Made by a program: the position numbers and the translations under genes
Shown here: positions 39,776 to 50,636 of the stretch, in pieces
Layout: every line of letters starts with the position of its first letter
Position numbering within the stretch: the first letter of the stretch is position 1
The notes under the pieces: generated by a model
The model's database searches: none
Told to the model about the DNA's origin: nothing
What the model saw: the letters and a program-made list of their open reading frames with translations, nothing else
From: an uncultured archaeon
GTDB taxonomy: Archaea; Asgardarchaeota; Lokiarchaeia; Sigyniarchaeales; SOKP01
Direction: 5' to 3'
Assembly: GCA_964388035.1 (NCBI GenBank)
Contig: CAYLZE010000005.1
Location: 35,742-99,741, forward strand
Length of the DNA stretch: 64,000 nucleotides

Positions 39776-39904
39776 ATTTATTATTTTTTATAGTTGATAT
39801 TAATGATATAATTCTATAAATAACCTTTTTAAATTTCATCCTCGGACTATTTTTTTTAAACTTGATTTAATAACTTTTTTTGAGGAGTTATTTTTTTTTA
39901 TCTC

Positions 39905-40699
39905 ATGAGTAATGAAGATTTAGATTTGGTATTATATGAAGCAAAAGGTGGCGTTGCTACCATTTCCCTAAATAGACCGCCCGTTCATGCGTTTAATTTA
40001 GAATTAATGAAGACACTCTATCAACGGTTAGAACAAGCTAATAACGATGATAGTGTAAAATGCGTGTTACTTAAGAGTACCGGAACGCGCGTGTTCAGTG
40101 CGGGAATTGACATTAAATCGAAATCACTCGATGAGGATCCCGAATATTTTGAAGAAGTGAAGAAATACGGGAGATTAAACAATCAAATGATCGTGACCAT
40201 GATGAAACCGGTTGTAGTTCAAGTACAAGGATCGGCGATTGGATATGGAATGGAATTAGTTATGGCAGCGGATATGCGCATTTTTGCAGACCGACCCCAA
40301 GAAGAAATGTTCTTTAGAATGCCGGAAATAGCAATTGCCATATATCCACAGACGGGGGCAACTATTCTGCCCTTATTAGCATTTGGATTCACCTACGCAA
40401 AAAATGTTTTATTTACTTCAGATGATTTTGGATTGGCAGAATTGAAGAATTTGAACATCCCAACGAGAATATTTCCTTTAGAACATCTTAATGTAGAAAC
40501 ACAAAAGTTCATGAGAACGTTTTCAAAAAGGATGAATTCTTTCATGTATTTGATGAAATCTACGTTAAACATCATGAACAAAAAATTAATTGACCGATGT
40601 TTTGATTTGGAGGATGAATGTGGAAAAGAAGCGTATAAAAAGAAAACACCAGGAGAGTGGAAAAGATTCATACAAGATCTATATAAACGCTATTTATGA
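39905..40699 (+). CDS. Enoyl-CoA hydratase/isomerase family protein
   Basis: ISLNRP, FSAGID, KPVV..V.G.A.G.G.EL..AAD, F.MPE. Confidence 0.88.
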   Translation: MSNEDLDLVLYEAKGGVATISLNRPPVHAFNLELMKTLYQRLEQANNDDSVKCVLLKSTGTRVFSAGIDIKSKSLDEDPEYFEEVKKYGRLNNQMIVTMMKPVVVQVQGSAIGYGMELVMAADMRIFADRPQEEMFFRMPEIAIAIYPQTGATILPLLAFGFTYAKNVLFTSDDFGLAELKNLNIPTRIFPLEHLNVETQKFMRTFSKRMNSFMYLMKSTLNIMNKKLIDRCFDLEDECGKEAYKKKTPGEWKRFIQDLYKRYL

Positions 40700-41088
40700 T
40701 GGATATTTTCTTTTTTGGACCAGAAATAAAAAAAATAACAGGGGTGTGCATGAATTTTATCGTTTAACCTGACATGGAGCAATCCCTCATAGAGTACATG
40801 CCTCTTATCCTACATTTTAAAAATATTATTAACTTTACCGTTTTTTTATTAATAGTTTTCATCCTTGGTTCTTAAATTTAAGTAGTATAAGCAAGTTAGG
40901 AGGTATTAGGATTAATAAATCACTTACCTTTTTCCCTTAAAAGAGATCATGAAGAAGGTGGAGAAAACATTCATTAATCAACAAAGAAAAATCGAGCGGG
41001 TTTGAGGAAATCCTTAGCTAATGAATCTATTTTCAATTCCCTTATATTTTCTTGTATTAATGAAGACACAACGATTATTAAGGTTGCA

Positions 41089-41817
41089 TCACTCCTTTTT
41101 CCACATTCTATTAAATCTAGCTTCTTGAATTTCTTTTATGGGGAGAATGATATGGAAACTAGCAAACGGTTTTTTATTATTATTCGGTTTTCCTTGCATT
41201 TTTCTTTTCTCTCTAAAATCATCCATTTTTTCCATTAGTTCTTCATAAAATTTAAAATATTCTTGATATTCTTCTTCATCCAACACTTCTACATAATAGT
41301 TTATATGTTTTCTCTTATAAAAAGTCTCAATTTCATCCGGAGTTAACTTATGTGCTTCTTTTAAATATTTCTTTAAATCTTGATAATATGGGATACAATC
41401 ATCGAGAATTTTTTTTATGAGTTGAATGGTCTTTTTATCGGAGTCCAAATCTTTTTCTAATATTCTTTTGACTTGAGCTGAAGGAAGTGATTTTAAATGT
41501 TCTAGATCAAGACGAGTCAATTCAAGCAAGTTAGGGATCACGGAGTACATTTTCATTTTTTTCTCCTTCCGTTGAACCTTAAGTAAGCCCGTCTTTTTCA
41601 ATTCTTTAAGGTGCTTCAAGACTGTAGGGCGTGTTTTGCCTAATTTTTCACACAATTCATTAATACTTAATTCTCCAGAAGCCCATAGCAGAAGTAAGAT
41701 TCTAATTTTAGTTAAATCGTTCAAAGTTTCCGCTACTTTAAGCTGGAATTCCATGTTATTTATATCTGCTCGTTCAGAAGAGGAGTTTGATAGTTCTTTA
41801 TCTTTTTCTATAGTCAT
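41089..41817 (-). CDS. ArsR-like winged-helix transcriptional regulator
   Basis: L.D.T...IL.LL....LS..EL...LG....TV..HL..L...GL. Confidence 0.8.
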   Translation of the reverse strand: MTIEKDKELSNSSSERADINNMEFQLKVAETLNDLTKIRILLLLWASGELSINELCEKLGKTRPTVLKHLKELKKTGLLKVQRKEKKMKMYSVIPNLLELTRLDLEHLKSLPSAQVKRILEKDLDSDKKTIQLIKKILDDCIPYYQDLKKYLKEAHKLTPDEIETFYKRKHINYYVEVLDEEEYQEYFKFYEELMEKMDDFREKRKMQGKPNNNKKPFASFHIILPIKEIQEARFNRMWKKE

Positions 41818-41950
41818 GGTTAATTTAATTGGAGTCCAAATTTGTAATAAACTTTATTAATGATAAGAGTTAAATTACTAAAATTAATTTAACGACACGA
41901 ATGATCCAATAAATATATAATCTTCTTTCTTCTTCCAATACTTTTAGTCA

Positions 41951-42784
41951 TTATACGTGTTTTTCTAACCACACGTAAATATCTTGATACACTTGGGCCC
42001 TATTTTTTTCATTCAATAAATCGTGGAGGAATCCATCATAGATCTTAAATGTCTTATCTGCACTCTTTACATTTTTAAAGAACTTCTCCGCCTTTTTTTT
42101 ATCGACAATTTTATCATTCCCTCCTTGCAAAATTATGACAGGGCAAGCGAGCTGGGAGGCATTAGATAGGATCCACTTTCTTAACTTTTCTCTCTCAGAA
42201 GCTGTATTTCCAGTTATAGCTTTTAATGTATTTTTATCCTTAATAAATAGTTTTAAAATTTTCAAATCACTCGTTAATTGATTTTGATCCATATTGATTT
42301 CAATAGATTGAGAAAGAGAGTTACTTAATTTTTTTAACATTTTCTTCCCAACCGTACTTTTTCCAAATAAGCCCAATTCTGGAGAAGTAATGATAACTCC
42401 TGGAAGATCGGGGTGCCTAATTGCATGCATCAAGCAAACTAAAGCTCCGAAACCTTGTCCCAATAAAAAAATCTTTTTTCCATTAGCTTTTTTCTCGATT
42501 AAATCTAAAAAGAGGACCAAATCTTTTTGTAAATGATCCATACTATCAATTTCTCCAGCGATATCGCCCTTGCTTCTATTATGTCCTCTCAAATCATAAG
42601 CGTGCAAGGTATACCCTTTCTCATTCAAATATTTTGCAATTAAATTGAATCTATCGGAATGAAATGCTAATTCATGAAGTGCAACGATATGGGCTTTGAC
42701 CTCTCCTTCAGAATTCCAAGATTGATAAAAGAGCTCCCGTCTTTCGCGCCCTTCAAAAAATTTCTCAACATTATTATTCGACAT
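41951..42784 (-). CDS. Alpha/beta hydrolase (monoglyceride lipase-like), nucleophile Ser absent
   Basis: DLRGH..S, GQGFG in place of GHSxG, QGGND, HDL..E. Confidence 0.85.
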   Translation of the reverse strand: MSNNNVEKFFEGRERRELFYQSWNSEGEVKAHIVALHELAFHSDRFNLIAKYLNEKGYTLHAYDLRGHNRSKGDIAGEIDSMDHLQKDLVLFLDLIEKKANGKKIFLLGQGFGALVCLMHAIRHPDLPGVIITSPELGLFGKSTVGKKMLKKLSNSLSQSIEINMDQNQLTSDLKILKLFIKDKNTLKAITGNTASEREKLRKWILSNASQLACPVIILQGGNDKIVDKKKAEKFFKNVKSADKTFKIYDGFLHDLLNEKNRAQVYQDIYVWLEKHV

Positions 42785-42990
42785 TGAACTTCAAGGTTTT
42801 TTTACTTAGAATATTATAAATAATTTACCTTTCATGATAATTAGTTTTTACGTTCTTTAAACAAATCTCGTAGTTCCATTATAAAACCATATGCATTTAA
42901 CAAAAATAATAAAAAATTTTTAATTCTTAAATGAATTTCTAATAAAAACGGATTGTTTTATTACATGCTGAAAAATGTAAATTAGGTACA

Positions 42991-43584
42991 ATGTTCATGA
43001 ACAACAATGATGTCATTAATATTGTAATTTTTGGAAGAGGAGGACAAGGAGGAGTCACTGCTTCTCAAATTATTGCGGAAGCGGCTTTCAATAGCGGTAA
43101 ATTCGTGGACGTGCATGCTTATCCCTCTTTTGGAGCAGAACGGAGGGGGGCACCCATTCAAGCGTATGCCAAGTTATCCAAGAAAGACAAGATTTGGGAT
43201 AGATCCCAGATTGAATTTCCTGATATCGTGATTGTTTTAGATGAAAGCACGATTACTAATGATCTGGTCAAATCTATAAAGGAAAATGGATTTTTCATTA
43301 TTAATACAGATAAAGACCCCGAATTTTTCCTGAAAAGATATGAGTTTAATGAAGGAGTTAAAATAATTGCTGCGGACATCAGTAAATTAGCAAGTGAAAA
43401 TGAATTAATAGTCGAGGGTATCCCCGTTGTAAACGTGCCCATATTGGGATTGTTATCCAAAGCGGTTCCGGAAATAACTTTGACAGATTTGAAAAGTGTC
43501 ATCCTAAAGCGGTTAGGAGAGAATTTGGGAAACAGGAATGTTTCACTCATGGAGAAGGGATTTGAAATAATCAAGACGGTATGA
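42991..43584 (+). CDS. porG: Pyruvate/2-oxoacid:ferredoxin oxidoreductase gamma subunit
   Basis: GRGGQG.VT, FGAERRGAP. Confidence 0.9.
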   Translation: MFMNNNDVINIVIFGRGGQGGVTASQIIAEAAFNSGKFVDVHAYPSFGAERRGAPIQAYAKLSKKDKIWDRSQIEFPDIVIVLDESTITNDLVKSIKENGFFIINTDKDPEFFLKRYEFNEGVKIIAADISKLASENELIVEGIPVVNVPILGLLSKAVPEITLTDLKSVILKRLGENLGNRNVSLMEKGFEIIKTV

Positions 43585-43821
43585 GAACTTAATTTTCTTA
43601 AGGTTTAAATTACAATACAAACCGGCTATTTTTCTACTTGAATCTGAAGAGATAATTCATTATCATTTATTTTAAGATAAAACTTCATATTCTTCGGATT
43701 ATGCACCATATTATTTTCTGATATAATTGCCAAAACGCCCTCCTTCTTATAATAAATGATAATGAACTTTTTAAAGCTATTTGCTTTTGACTTTATAATA
43801 GAGTGATTTTTTTCGAGAATT

Positions 43822-44121
43822 ATGAATGAATCAAAAAAGGATTATCAAAAAATACTGAGTTCAGTTCAAAAAAGCGTGATCGGAGAAGCTGGAAAAACGG
43901 GAACGTGGAGCAAGTTAAAGCCCGTCATAGATTTGAATAAATGCATTCCTGCAAAATCAGGTAAACCAAGTTGCTTTAATTGCTGGTTGTATTGTCCAGA
44001 AGCGGTGATTGAAAGAAAAATTCCACCAGAAATTAATTTGGAATATTGCAAAGGTTGCGGTATCTGCGCCGAGGAATGCCCCGTTAGAGCTATAACTATG
44101 GAGGAGGTAAATTCGGATTGA
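43822..44121 (+). CDS. porD: Pyruvate/2-oxoacid:ferredoxin oxidoreductase delta subunit (2x4Fe-4S)
   Basis: KTG.W...P, C..CWLYCP, YCKGCGICAEECP. Confidence 0.9.
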   Translation: MNESKKDYQKILSSVQKSVIGEAGKTGTWSKLKPVIDLNKCIPAKSGKPSCFNCWLYCPEAVIERKIPPEINLEYCKGCGICAEECPVRAITMEEVNSD

Positions 44122-45398
44122 CAACAACAGAACAGAATGCAAATATCAAGACAAGAAATATAAGGATCATGACAGGAAACCATGCAGCAGCTCATGCATT
44201 TCGTCAAGTTCGAGTGGGCGTGGTTTCTGCTTATCCAATCACTCCTCAAAGTCCTGTGGTAGAGAAAATTTCTCAGTTTATAAACGAAGGAAAATTAAAA
44301 GCTAAATTTGTAATGGTTGAATCGGAGCACTCTGCAGCAGCCGTTTGTTGTGCCGCCTCTGCGACAGGTTCAAGAGTGGGTACTGCCACTTCTTCGCATG
44401 GCTTAATGTTAATGTACGAGCTTTTACCTTGGGCATCGGGGAATAGACTGCCCATAATAATTAATTTAGCCACCCGAGCCACGGGAGCCCCGTGGTCTGT
44501 GTGGACAGACCATCAAGATTTCATGACCGTGCGAGACGTGGGATGGATTCAAATGTTTTGTGAGGATAATCAAGAAATTTACGATACAAACTTGCAAGCC
44601 TTTAAAATTGCTGAAGATCCTCGCGTTTATTTACCGGTGATAGTGGGATATGATGGATACATTCTTAGTCACACGATGATGCCCGTTCAGTTAGAACTGC
44701 AAGCTGACGTTGACAAATTTCTTCCTCCCTTAAAACATCATATTAATTTATCTGATATCTCCCATATTAAAGGAATTGATCCCGTCACGACCCCTCACGT
44801 TATAAAAAGAGAAGAGGGAACCGCACCAGGATACTATGAATTTCGATATTCCCTACAAAGAGCCTTAGAGAATTCCATTCCCATCATTAAAGAAGTTCAC
44901 GATGAATTTGCCAATACTTTCGGGAGATCATATGGAAATGGAATTTACAAGAACTACATGACGGAAGATGCAGATTCCATTATTTTTGCGATGGGCTCAG
45001 TCGCATCCCAAGCAAGAAGCGTGGTGAACATGCTTAGAAAAGAGGGCATAAAAATCGGACTCATTGTACTTAAACTGTTTCGTCCTTTTCCAAGAAAGAT
45101 CCTAAATGAATCATTACGTGATTTTGATAATATTATCGTGTTTGATAGAGATATAGGATACGGCTATGAAGGGGTTCTGGCTTATGAATTGAAAGCAGCA
45201 CTGTATGGTGTAAAGAATCCTCCTTTTATAAAGGGATTTATACTTGGTTTGGGAGGGCGCGATATTAATAATGATCAAATCAAGAAAGGAGTATATAAAG
45301 CTCTAGAGGAATCAAAGAAAGGAATTTATTCCCATGAAACAGATTTTCTCGGATTAAAATTGGATGAATTAGATTTTTCTAATGGAGGGAAAAAATAA
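44118..45398 (+). CDS. porA: Pyruvate/2-oxoacid:ferredoxin oxidoreductase alpha subunit
   Basis: AYPITPQ, VESEHSA, TATSS.GL. Confidence 0.92.
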   Translation: MTTTEQNANIKTRNIRIMTGNHAAAHAFRQVRVGVVSAYPITPQSPVVEKISQFINEGKLKAKFVMVESEHSAAAVCCAASATGSRVGTATSSHGLMLMYELLPWASGNRLPIIINLATRATGAPWSVWTDHQDFMTVRDVGWIQMFCEDNQEIYDTNLQAFKIAEDPRVYLPVIVGYDGYILSHTMMPVQLELQADVDKFLPPLKHHINLSDISHIKGIDPVTTPHVIKREEGTAPGYYEFRYSLQRALENSIPIIKEVHDEFANTFGRSYGNGIYKNYMTEDADSIIFAMGSVASQARSVVNMLRKEGIKIGLIVLKLFRPFPRKILNESLRDFDNIIVFDRDIGYGYEGVLAYELKAALYGVKNPPFIKGFILGLGGRDINNDQIKKGVYKALEESKKGIYSHETDFLGLKLDELDFSNGGKK

Positions 45399-46296
45399 AA
45401 TGGTTAATGTAATGGATCTTCCTGAGGAGGAATATATCTATCCGGGAACAAGAGCTTGTGCAGGATGCGGAATGGCTTTAATTTATAGAATGGCCTTGAA
45501 GGCTTTGGGACCAGATACTATAATTACAGTTCCCGCATCTTGTTTGACCGTGCTCCACGGAATGCAGGGTTTTTGTTCCACGAAAGTTTCAGTGCTTCAC
45601 ACGCCTTTTGCCACCACGGGAGCGTCAGCTTCAGGCATTGTCGCTTCTTTGGAAGAAAAAGACCTAGCAGATAAGATTTGCGTGGTGGCATTTGCCGGAG
45701 ATGGAGGTACCACGGATATTGGAATTCAGAGTTTAAGTGGCGCAGCCGAACGTGGCACGAATTTCATTTACGCTTGTTATGACAATGAAGCTTACATGAA
45801 CACGGGAGTGCAGAGAAGTGGGTCAACACCATTGGGAGCATTCAGTACCACGACTCCTGGTGGGAAAACTCAAACCAAGAAAAACATGCCAAAAATTTTA
45901 GAAGCCCATGGTATTCCCTATGTGGCCACTGCGAGTGCATCTTATCCCATCGATCTTTTTGAGAAATTTCAGAAAGCTCGAACAATTACAGGTACGAAAT
46001 ATATTCACATCCATTCCCCGTGTCCTCCGGGATGGGGATATGACCCTAAGGATACCATCAAAATTGGACGGTTAGCCGTGCAATCGGGATTTTGGCCTTT
46101 ATATGAAGTAAAACATGGGAAATTCGAACTTTCCTTGAATAGCAAAAAATACCTTGACTCTTCGAAGCGGGTACCCATTGAAGAATATCTTAAAGCTCAA
46201 GGAAGATTTAAGAAAATTACTGCTACCGAGATTGAGAAATATAACAGCTACATAACTGATTTATGGGATGACATTCAAAGAAGAGTGGAAGAATAA
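45382..46296 (+). CDS. porB: Pyruvate/2-oxoacid:ferredoxin oxidoreductase beta subunit
   Basis: ACAGCG, GDGGT.DIG, DNEAYMNTG.QRS, SPCP.GW. Confidence 0.92.
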   Translation: MEGKNKMVNVMDLPEEEYIYPGTRACAGCGMALIYRMALKALGPDTIITVPASCLTVLHGMQGFCSTKVSVLHTPFATTGASASGIVASLEEKDLADKICVVAFAGDGGTTDIGIQSLSGAAERGTNFIYACYDNEAYMNTGVQRSGSTPLGAFSTTTPGGKTQTKKNMPKILEAHGIPYVATASASYPIDLFEKFQKARTITGTKYIHIHSPCPPGWGYDPKDTIKIGRLAVQSGFWPLYEVKHGKFELSLNSKKYLDSSKRVPIEEYLKAQGRFKKITATEIEKYNSYITDLWDDIQRRVEE

Positions 46297-46429
46297 TTCC
46301 GAGATTATCATTTTCTTTTCTTTATTGAAATGATGCCCCTACTTTATATTAACTGAACACTAAAATTCTTTTATCTATATTTCTTTATATATATTACTAA
46401 TTCCAAGTCATGCATGAGATTAGGAGCAA

Positions 46430-47374
46430 ATGTTAAGAACCTATATATTCAGCGAACAACACCAGAATTGGATAGAAGAAGAACAAAAACTCTTTCTCCA
46501 TGATCATTGCGTTATTTTAGATGATGAACGCAAGAAAATTTATCTGTGGAGTGGTCCAGAGAGTACCCAAGAAACGCGAGAAAATGCACAAGAGGCAATT
46601 AAAGAACTTGTTTCAAGATATCCTCAAGGATTCCTTGAATACAACGTTCTACAAGAAAAATTTCCGGAAAATGTGACGAAAAAAGTTAATTCAATGCTAT
46701 TAGGAGCGAAAGAAGAAGAAAATAAATCCAAATTTCAATTTAGTCAATTATCTGCCGTACGCCTTTATTTTATTTCTATTCTTCTTTCTATTATCTTGTC
46801 TATTGTTGCCCAAGCAGATCTATTTTTCTCCTTAAGTTGGCCCTTATCGGGGGGTAATTTAACGGTCAATGCAAACACCTATTTATTCTGGATAAATTTT
46901 GCTTATTGGATGTATGTTGTTATAGGAGGGTTGTATTTGTTTGCCACTCTTATCGGGGTCTGGCAAAAAGAGTATCAAGTGGTTATTTATTCATCAGTAG
47001 GTGTCATTACTTGCTTGGGTATTGTTTTATATCTCGCAGAAGGAGTATTTCTTTTTGAATTTGAACCAGGATCAACTCTAACTGTATATTTAATCTCTCT
47101 TTTTAACATAATATTGTTTTTAATTTCAATTTTGCTCCCTACGTTGATCTTTGTGATTCCTAATGGTCTTAAGCTTTGGAAATTTTTTAAAACTTATCAG
47201 AAATTCATCGTTTTAGAAAATTTTCAGGATCTTCAAGAGTTTGATGAAAATAAGATCAAGGAAATGAAATCAAAAAAAAAATTCATTAAAAAACTAACTT
47301 TAAAAAAATTTAGAGAGAAAAAAGTTAGCAAGAGTGATTCCAACCTCGAGAAAAGCGAATTGAATGCAGCATAA
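46430..47374 (+). CDS. Gelsolin-like domain protein with about 4 TM helices and a basic C-terminal tail
   Basis: D..VILD....IYLW.G..S......A...I gelsolin-repeat pattern followed by hydrophobic segments. Confidence 0.62.
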   Translation: MLRTYIFSEQHQNWIEEEQKLFLHDHCVILDDERKKIYLWSGPESTQETRENAQEAIKELVSRYPQGFLEYNVLQEKFPENVTKKVNSMLLGAKEEENKSKFQFSQLSAVRLYFISILLSIILSIVAQADLFFSLSWPLSGGNLTVNANTYLFWINFAYWMYVVIGGLYLFATLIGVWQKEYQVVIYSSVGVITCLGIVLYLAEGVFLFEFEPGSTLTVYLISLFNIILFLISILLPTLIFVIPNGLKLWKFFKTYQKFIVLENFQDLQEFDENKIKEMKSKKKFIKKLTLKKFREKKVSKSDSNLEKSELNAA

Positions 47375-47503
47375 TTATCAGATTTATTTATTTAAGATTA
47401 AAGGTTAATTTTTTGGTATTTTGCTACGGGTTTCCATTTCTTAAAATAATGCATCCCCATTAGGATAGAAAAGTCTTTTAAGCCAAAAGAGTTAATAAAA
47501 TAT

Positions 47504-48373
47504 GTGCAAGCTTCCAAGATTCTTACCAAGTTAGATAAAGAAGATCTACGTATTCTCATGGCAATTGAGAGAGGAATGGTTAAATCTGAATACGTAACTA
47601 TTGCAGATATAAAGTTTTATGCTCGATATCCCATGGAAGAAACGCTTTATCGCTTGAAAAAGGTTCACAAATTAGATTTGATCATCAGGGATTCTTCTCA
47701 AAGGGAAACAGGGTTCACTTTAAATTCGATAGGTTACGATCTCTTAGCCCTTCATGCGCTGGTTGAAAAAAACATTATTAGCCAATTGGGACCTTCTATT
47801 GGAATGGGAAAAGAATCCGACGTATATAGTTGCATGGATGATGAAAAGAACATTTATGCCCTCAAAATTTATCGAATTGGAAGAACGAGCTTTAAGAATA
47901 TAAAAAGATTAAGAAATATTTTGGGAGAAAGAACGCATTATTCTTGGTTATACGTCAACCGTCTTGCCGCTCACAAGGAATATGAGGCATTAAAAAAAAT
48001 ATACGAATTAAATCTTGACACTCCCAAACCGATCGGAATAAATCGACACATCATTGTCATGGAATATTTACGGGGAAAGGAATTATATTATTACAAATCT
48101 ATAGATGATCCTGAATATATATTCAATGAAATCATCGATCAAGTGCGAATCATATATCAGAAGGCAGGATTGATTCATGGGGATTTAGGAGAATTTAACA
48201 TCGTGATGGATGAAGAAGGTCGCATTCTTATCATAGATTGGCTTCAATCCGTTCCATCCACCCATCCAAATGCTATTTCCATATTGCAAAGGGATATTGA
48301 AAACATTTGCAATTATTTTGAAAAGAAGTATGATATAGAAAGCAACGTGGAAGTGATTTTGGAATCGTTTTAA
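47504..48373 (+). CDS. rio2: RIO2 serine/threonine kinase
   Basis: N-terminal wHTH (D.RIL.AIE.GM), G.GKESDVY, R.GRTSF, IHGDL.EFN, IDW.Q. Confidence 0.93.
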   Translation: MQASKILTKLDKEDLRILMAIERGMVKSEYVTIADIKFYARYPMEETLYRLKKVHKLDLIIRDSSQRETGFTLNSIGYDLLALHALVEKNIISQLGPSIGMGKESDVYSCMDDEKNIYALKIYRIGRTSFKNIKRLRNILGERTHYSWLYVNRLAAHKEYEALKKIYELNLDTPKPIGINRHIIVMEYLRGKELYYYKSIDDPEYIFNEIIDQVRIIYQKAGLIHGDLGEFNIVMDEEGRILIIDWLQSVPSTHPNAISILQRDIENICNYFEKKYDIESNVEVILESF

Positions 48374-48381
48374 GATTTTTT

Positions 48382-49020
48382 TCATTTACTAATGTTTTCA
48401 GAAGGGTATTCTTTTTTTGTCTCACAAATTATAATAAAATCTTCCAGGTTATCTTTCTTTATTACTTCCCATATGTTAAAATAATTGATTAGTTCAGATT
48501 CTAACTGGCTTAAATCCACTTTCTTTTTCAAAATGCTAAGCATCATGGTAGATTTATCGTGTATTACTCGTAGTAATTCCATAATTCCTTTCTTCATATT
48601 CATGAGATTTTGAAGAGACGTGAACGATAATGTTAAATTAAAACTAGCATTTCTGAACGGTAAATTCTCCATGTCGCATTGAATTAAATTAAAATTTGGA
48701 GAATTAAAATTATTATTTTGAATTTTTTCCATGAACCTCCCTAACATGCCCCACGAAAGATCTATTCCAACATATATAAAATCACCCTTTTGCATATCTT
48801 TTGTAACCTGTGTATAAAATTGATAAAATAATCCCGTCCCACACCCTGCATCTAGAACGATTTGAATTGGAAAATTTAACTTTTTTAATAAGATTTCATA
48901 TTTTTCTGACTGAATTTTTAAATAACGAGCATCATAAAAAGGGGCACTTGAATCATATTTCTCCATCATCTCCCTCTTTTTATCCGGCTTCGAGTTCTTC
49001 CCTCTCAGATTCATAACCAT
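48382..49020 (-). CDS. Class I SAM-dependent methyltransferase
   Basis: VLDAGCGTG, GIDLS..ML, D.ENLPF. Confidence 0.88.
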   Translation of the reverse strand: MVMNLRGKNSKPDKKREMMEKYDSSAPFYDARYLKIQSEKYEILLKKLNFPIQIVLDAGCGTGLFYQFYTQVTKDMQKGDFIYVGIDLSWGMLGRFMEKIQNNNFNSPNFNLIQCDMENLPFRNASFNLTLSFTSLQNLMNMKKGIMELLRVIHDKSTMMLSILKKKVDLSQLESELINYFNIWEVIKKDNLEDFIIICETKKEYPSENISK

Positions 49021-49128
49021 TAAGTTTTAATTATAAAAAAAGTTATAAGTTTACAATACATTTGAAAATTTTTAACTCTTAATTATTTTACTAACATACA
49101 TCTTAAAGTTTGTTGAGGTATTAGGAAT

Positions 49129-49389
49129 ATGTCCAAAGATAATAACAATTATAAGTCTAAAAATCCCCTCACCATCTTACAAAATAGCCAAAATTCACAA
49201 ATTTTGCTCCGCTTAAAGGATGGTACCGAATATAAGGGACTTTTAAAAGAGATTGATGCTTATATGAACATGATATTAGAAGACGCTACGGAAATAATGG
49301 ATGGCTCTCCCATCGCAAAATATAACGAGCTATTTATTAGAGGAAATAATCTCCTTTTTATAAAACCCGATGCTTCAGAGCTCCTCTAA
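49129..49389 (+). CDS. Sm/LSm-like archaeal RNA-binding protein
   Basis: Sm1 G.L...D.YMN..L and Sm2 IRGNN motifs. Confidence 0.93.
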   Translation: MSKDNNNYKSKNPLTILQNSQNSQILLRLKDGTEYKGLLKEIDAYMNMILEDATEIMDGSPIAKYNELFIRGNNLLFIKPDASELL

Positions 49390-49621
49390 AGATCCCTTTG
49401 AATAATATTATCATCCTAAATTATATAAGAAGGTAATTCAACTACACATATCAAAGTGAATTCAATTAATTTAAAATACTAACAACGGTGCTTTAGGAGA
49501 TTTATTTTCAAAGGAATAAAGCTTTGTTGATGATTTTAAAAATAATATAATGAATGAAATTAGTCTACAGTTCTTTTTAAAAAAAACCCCAAAAAAAAAA
49601 AATTGAAATTATTTGATTTAA

Positions 49622-50329
49622 TTATTTCTTTCTTCTTATGACGTAGATTAATCCTATTGTGCTCAAGGCAGTGATCCCTAAAAAGATTGGTAATTCATAT
49701 CCAGGAATTTGAAACCCTTGTAGTGTAAGTTCCCAAATAGTCTTTCCAACATAAGTAAATTTTTCAGAACTAATTACACCGTTAGTTGTATCCCAGGTCA
49801 TAACATCCTTATAATTATAAGGATAATAAGGAACTTTACCATAATCAATAGTAAGAACATTATCTTGGGAACTAATATAGTCTTGCGCATAAGAAGGTAT
49901 TGATCCGACTAAAGCTGTTAAATATGCATCTACTGGAACGGGTAATATCAATGAAGGGTATGCAGACAAACTGGTGGGATCTTTATATACATTAATGTAA
50001 TAAGTGGTACTATCGGGATATTCATCGAATTCCCCAACGGTCCAATCCCAGTACTGAAAGGTTATATACCAATAAGTAGTTTTATCAGTTATACCAGTTA
50101 TAACATATTTTGTTTTTGCATCTTGAACACCCATTTCTCCCATCATTTGAGCCCAATTAGTACCAAATACCGCTTCTAAACCGTCTTTATCTACCGTTGT
50201 TACTTTATAAATGTATTGATCATTTTCAGCCACTTTTAAGTCATATAGTGCGGCTCTTGCACCTATTACATTACCTATGAGGAAGGTTGCCATTAGAACA
50301 AGGAATAGAATTGAAGTTTTCCTATTCAT
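49622..50329 (-). CDS. Secreted surface protein with Loki-CTERM-type sorting signal
   Basis: Signal peptide; C-terminal IPGY + TM + RRKK. Confidence 0.8.
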   Translation of the reverse strand: MNRKTSILFLVLMATFLIGNVIGARAALYDLKVAENDQYIYKVTTVDKDGLEAVFGTNWAQMMGEMGVQDAKTKYVITGITDKTTYWYITFQYWDWTVGEFDEYPDSTTYYINVYKDPTSLSAYPSLILPVPVDAYLTALVGSIPSYAQDYISSQDNVLTIDYGKVPYYPYNYKDVMTWDTTNGVISSEKFTYVGKTIWELTLQGFQIPGYELPIFLGITALSTIGLIYVIRRKK

Positions 50330-50636
50330 AATTTCACCTTGATTTTAATATTTTCTGTATTTTAAATTTTTATTAGATTTGATATTATAAAATGTGTTCT
50401 ATATCCTATTTAATTCTTTTCTTTTTTTATTGTATTAATCTAGTATTTAGATTTTTTATTAAATTCTTAAAAATTGTATTTTTAGTTTTAAATAATAATT
50501 TTTCATTAAATTTGACAAGGAATTATCATCTTAATTCCAACGCGTTTTATAATTTAAATTTTGGATTAAAAATCTGCAATTAAAGCAAAAATTTTATAGA
50601 TAAGGGAGATCTAATGAGAAATGAATTTTTGCTTAT

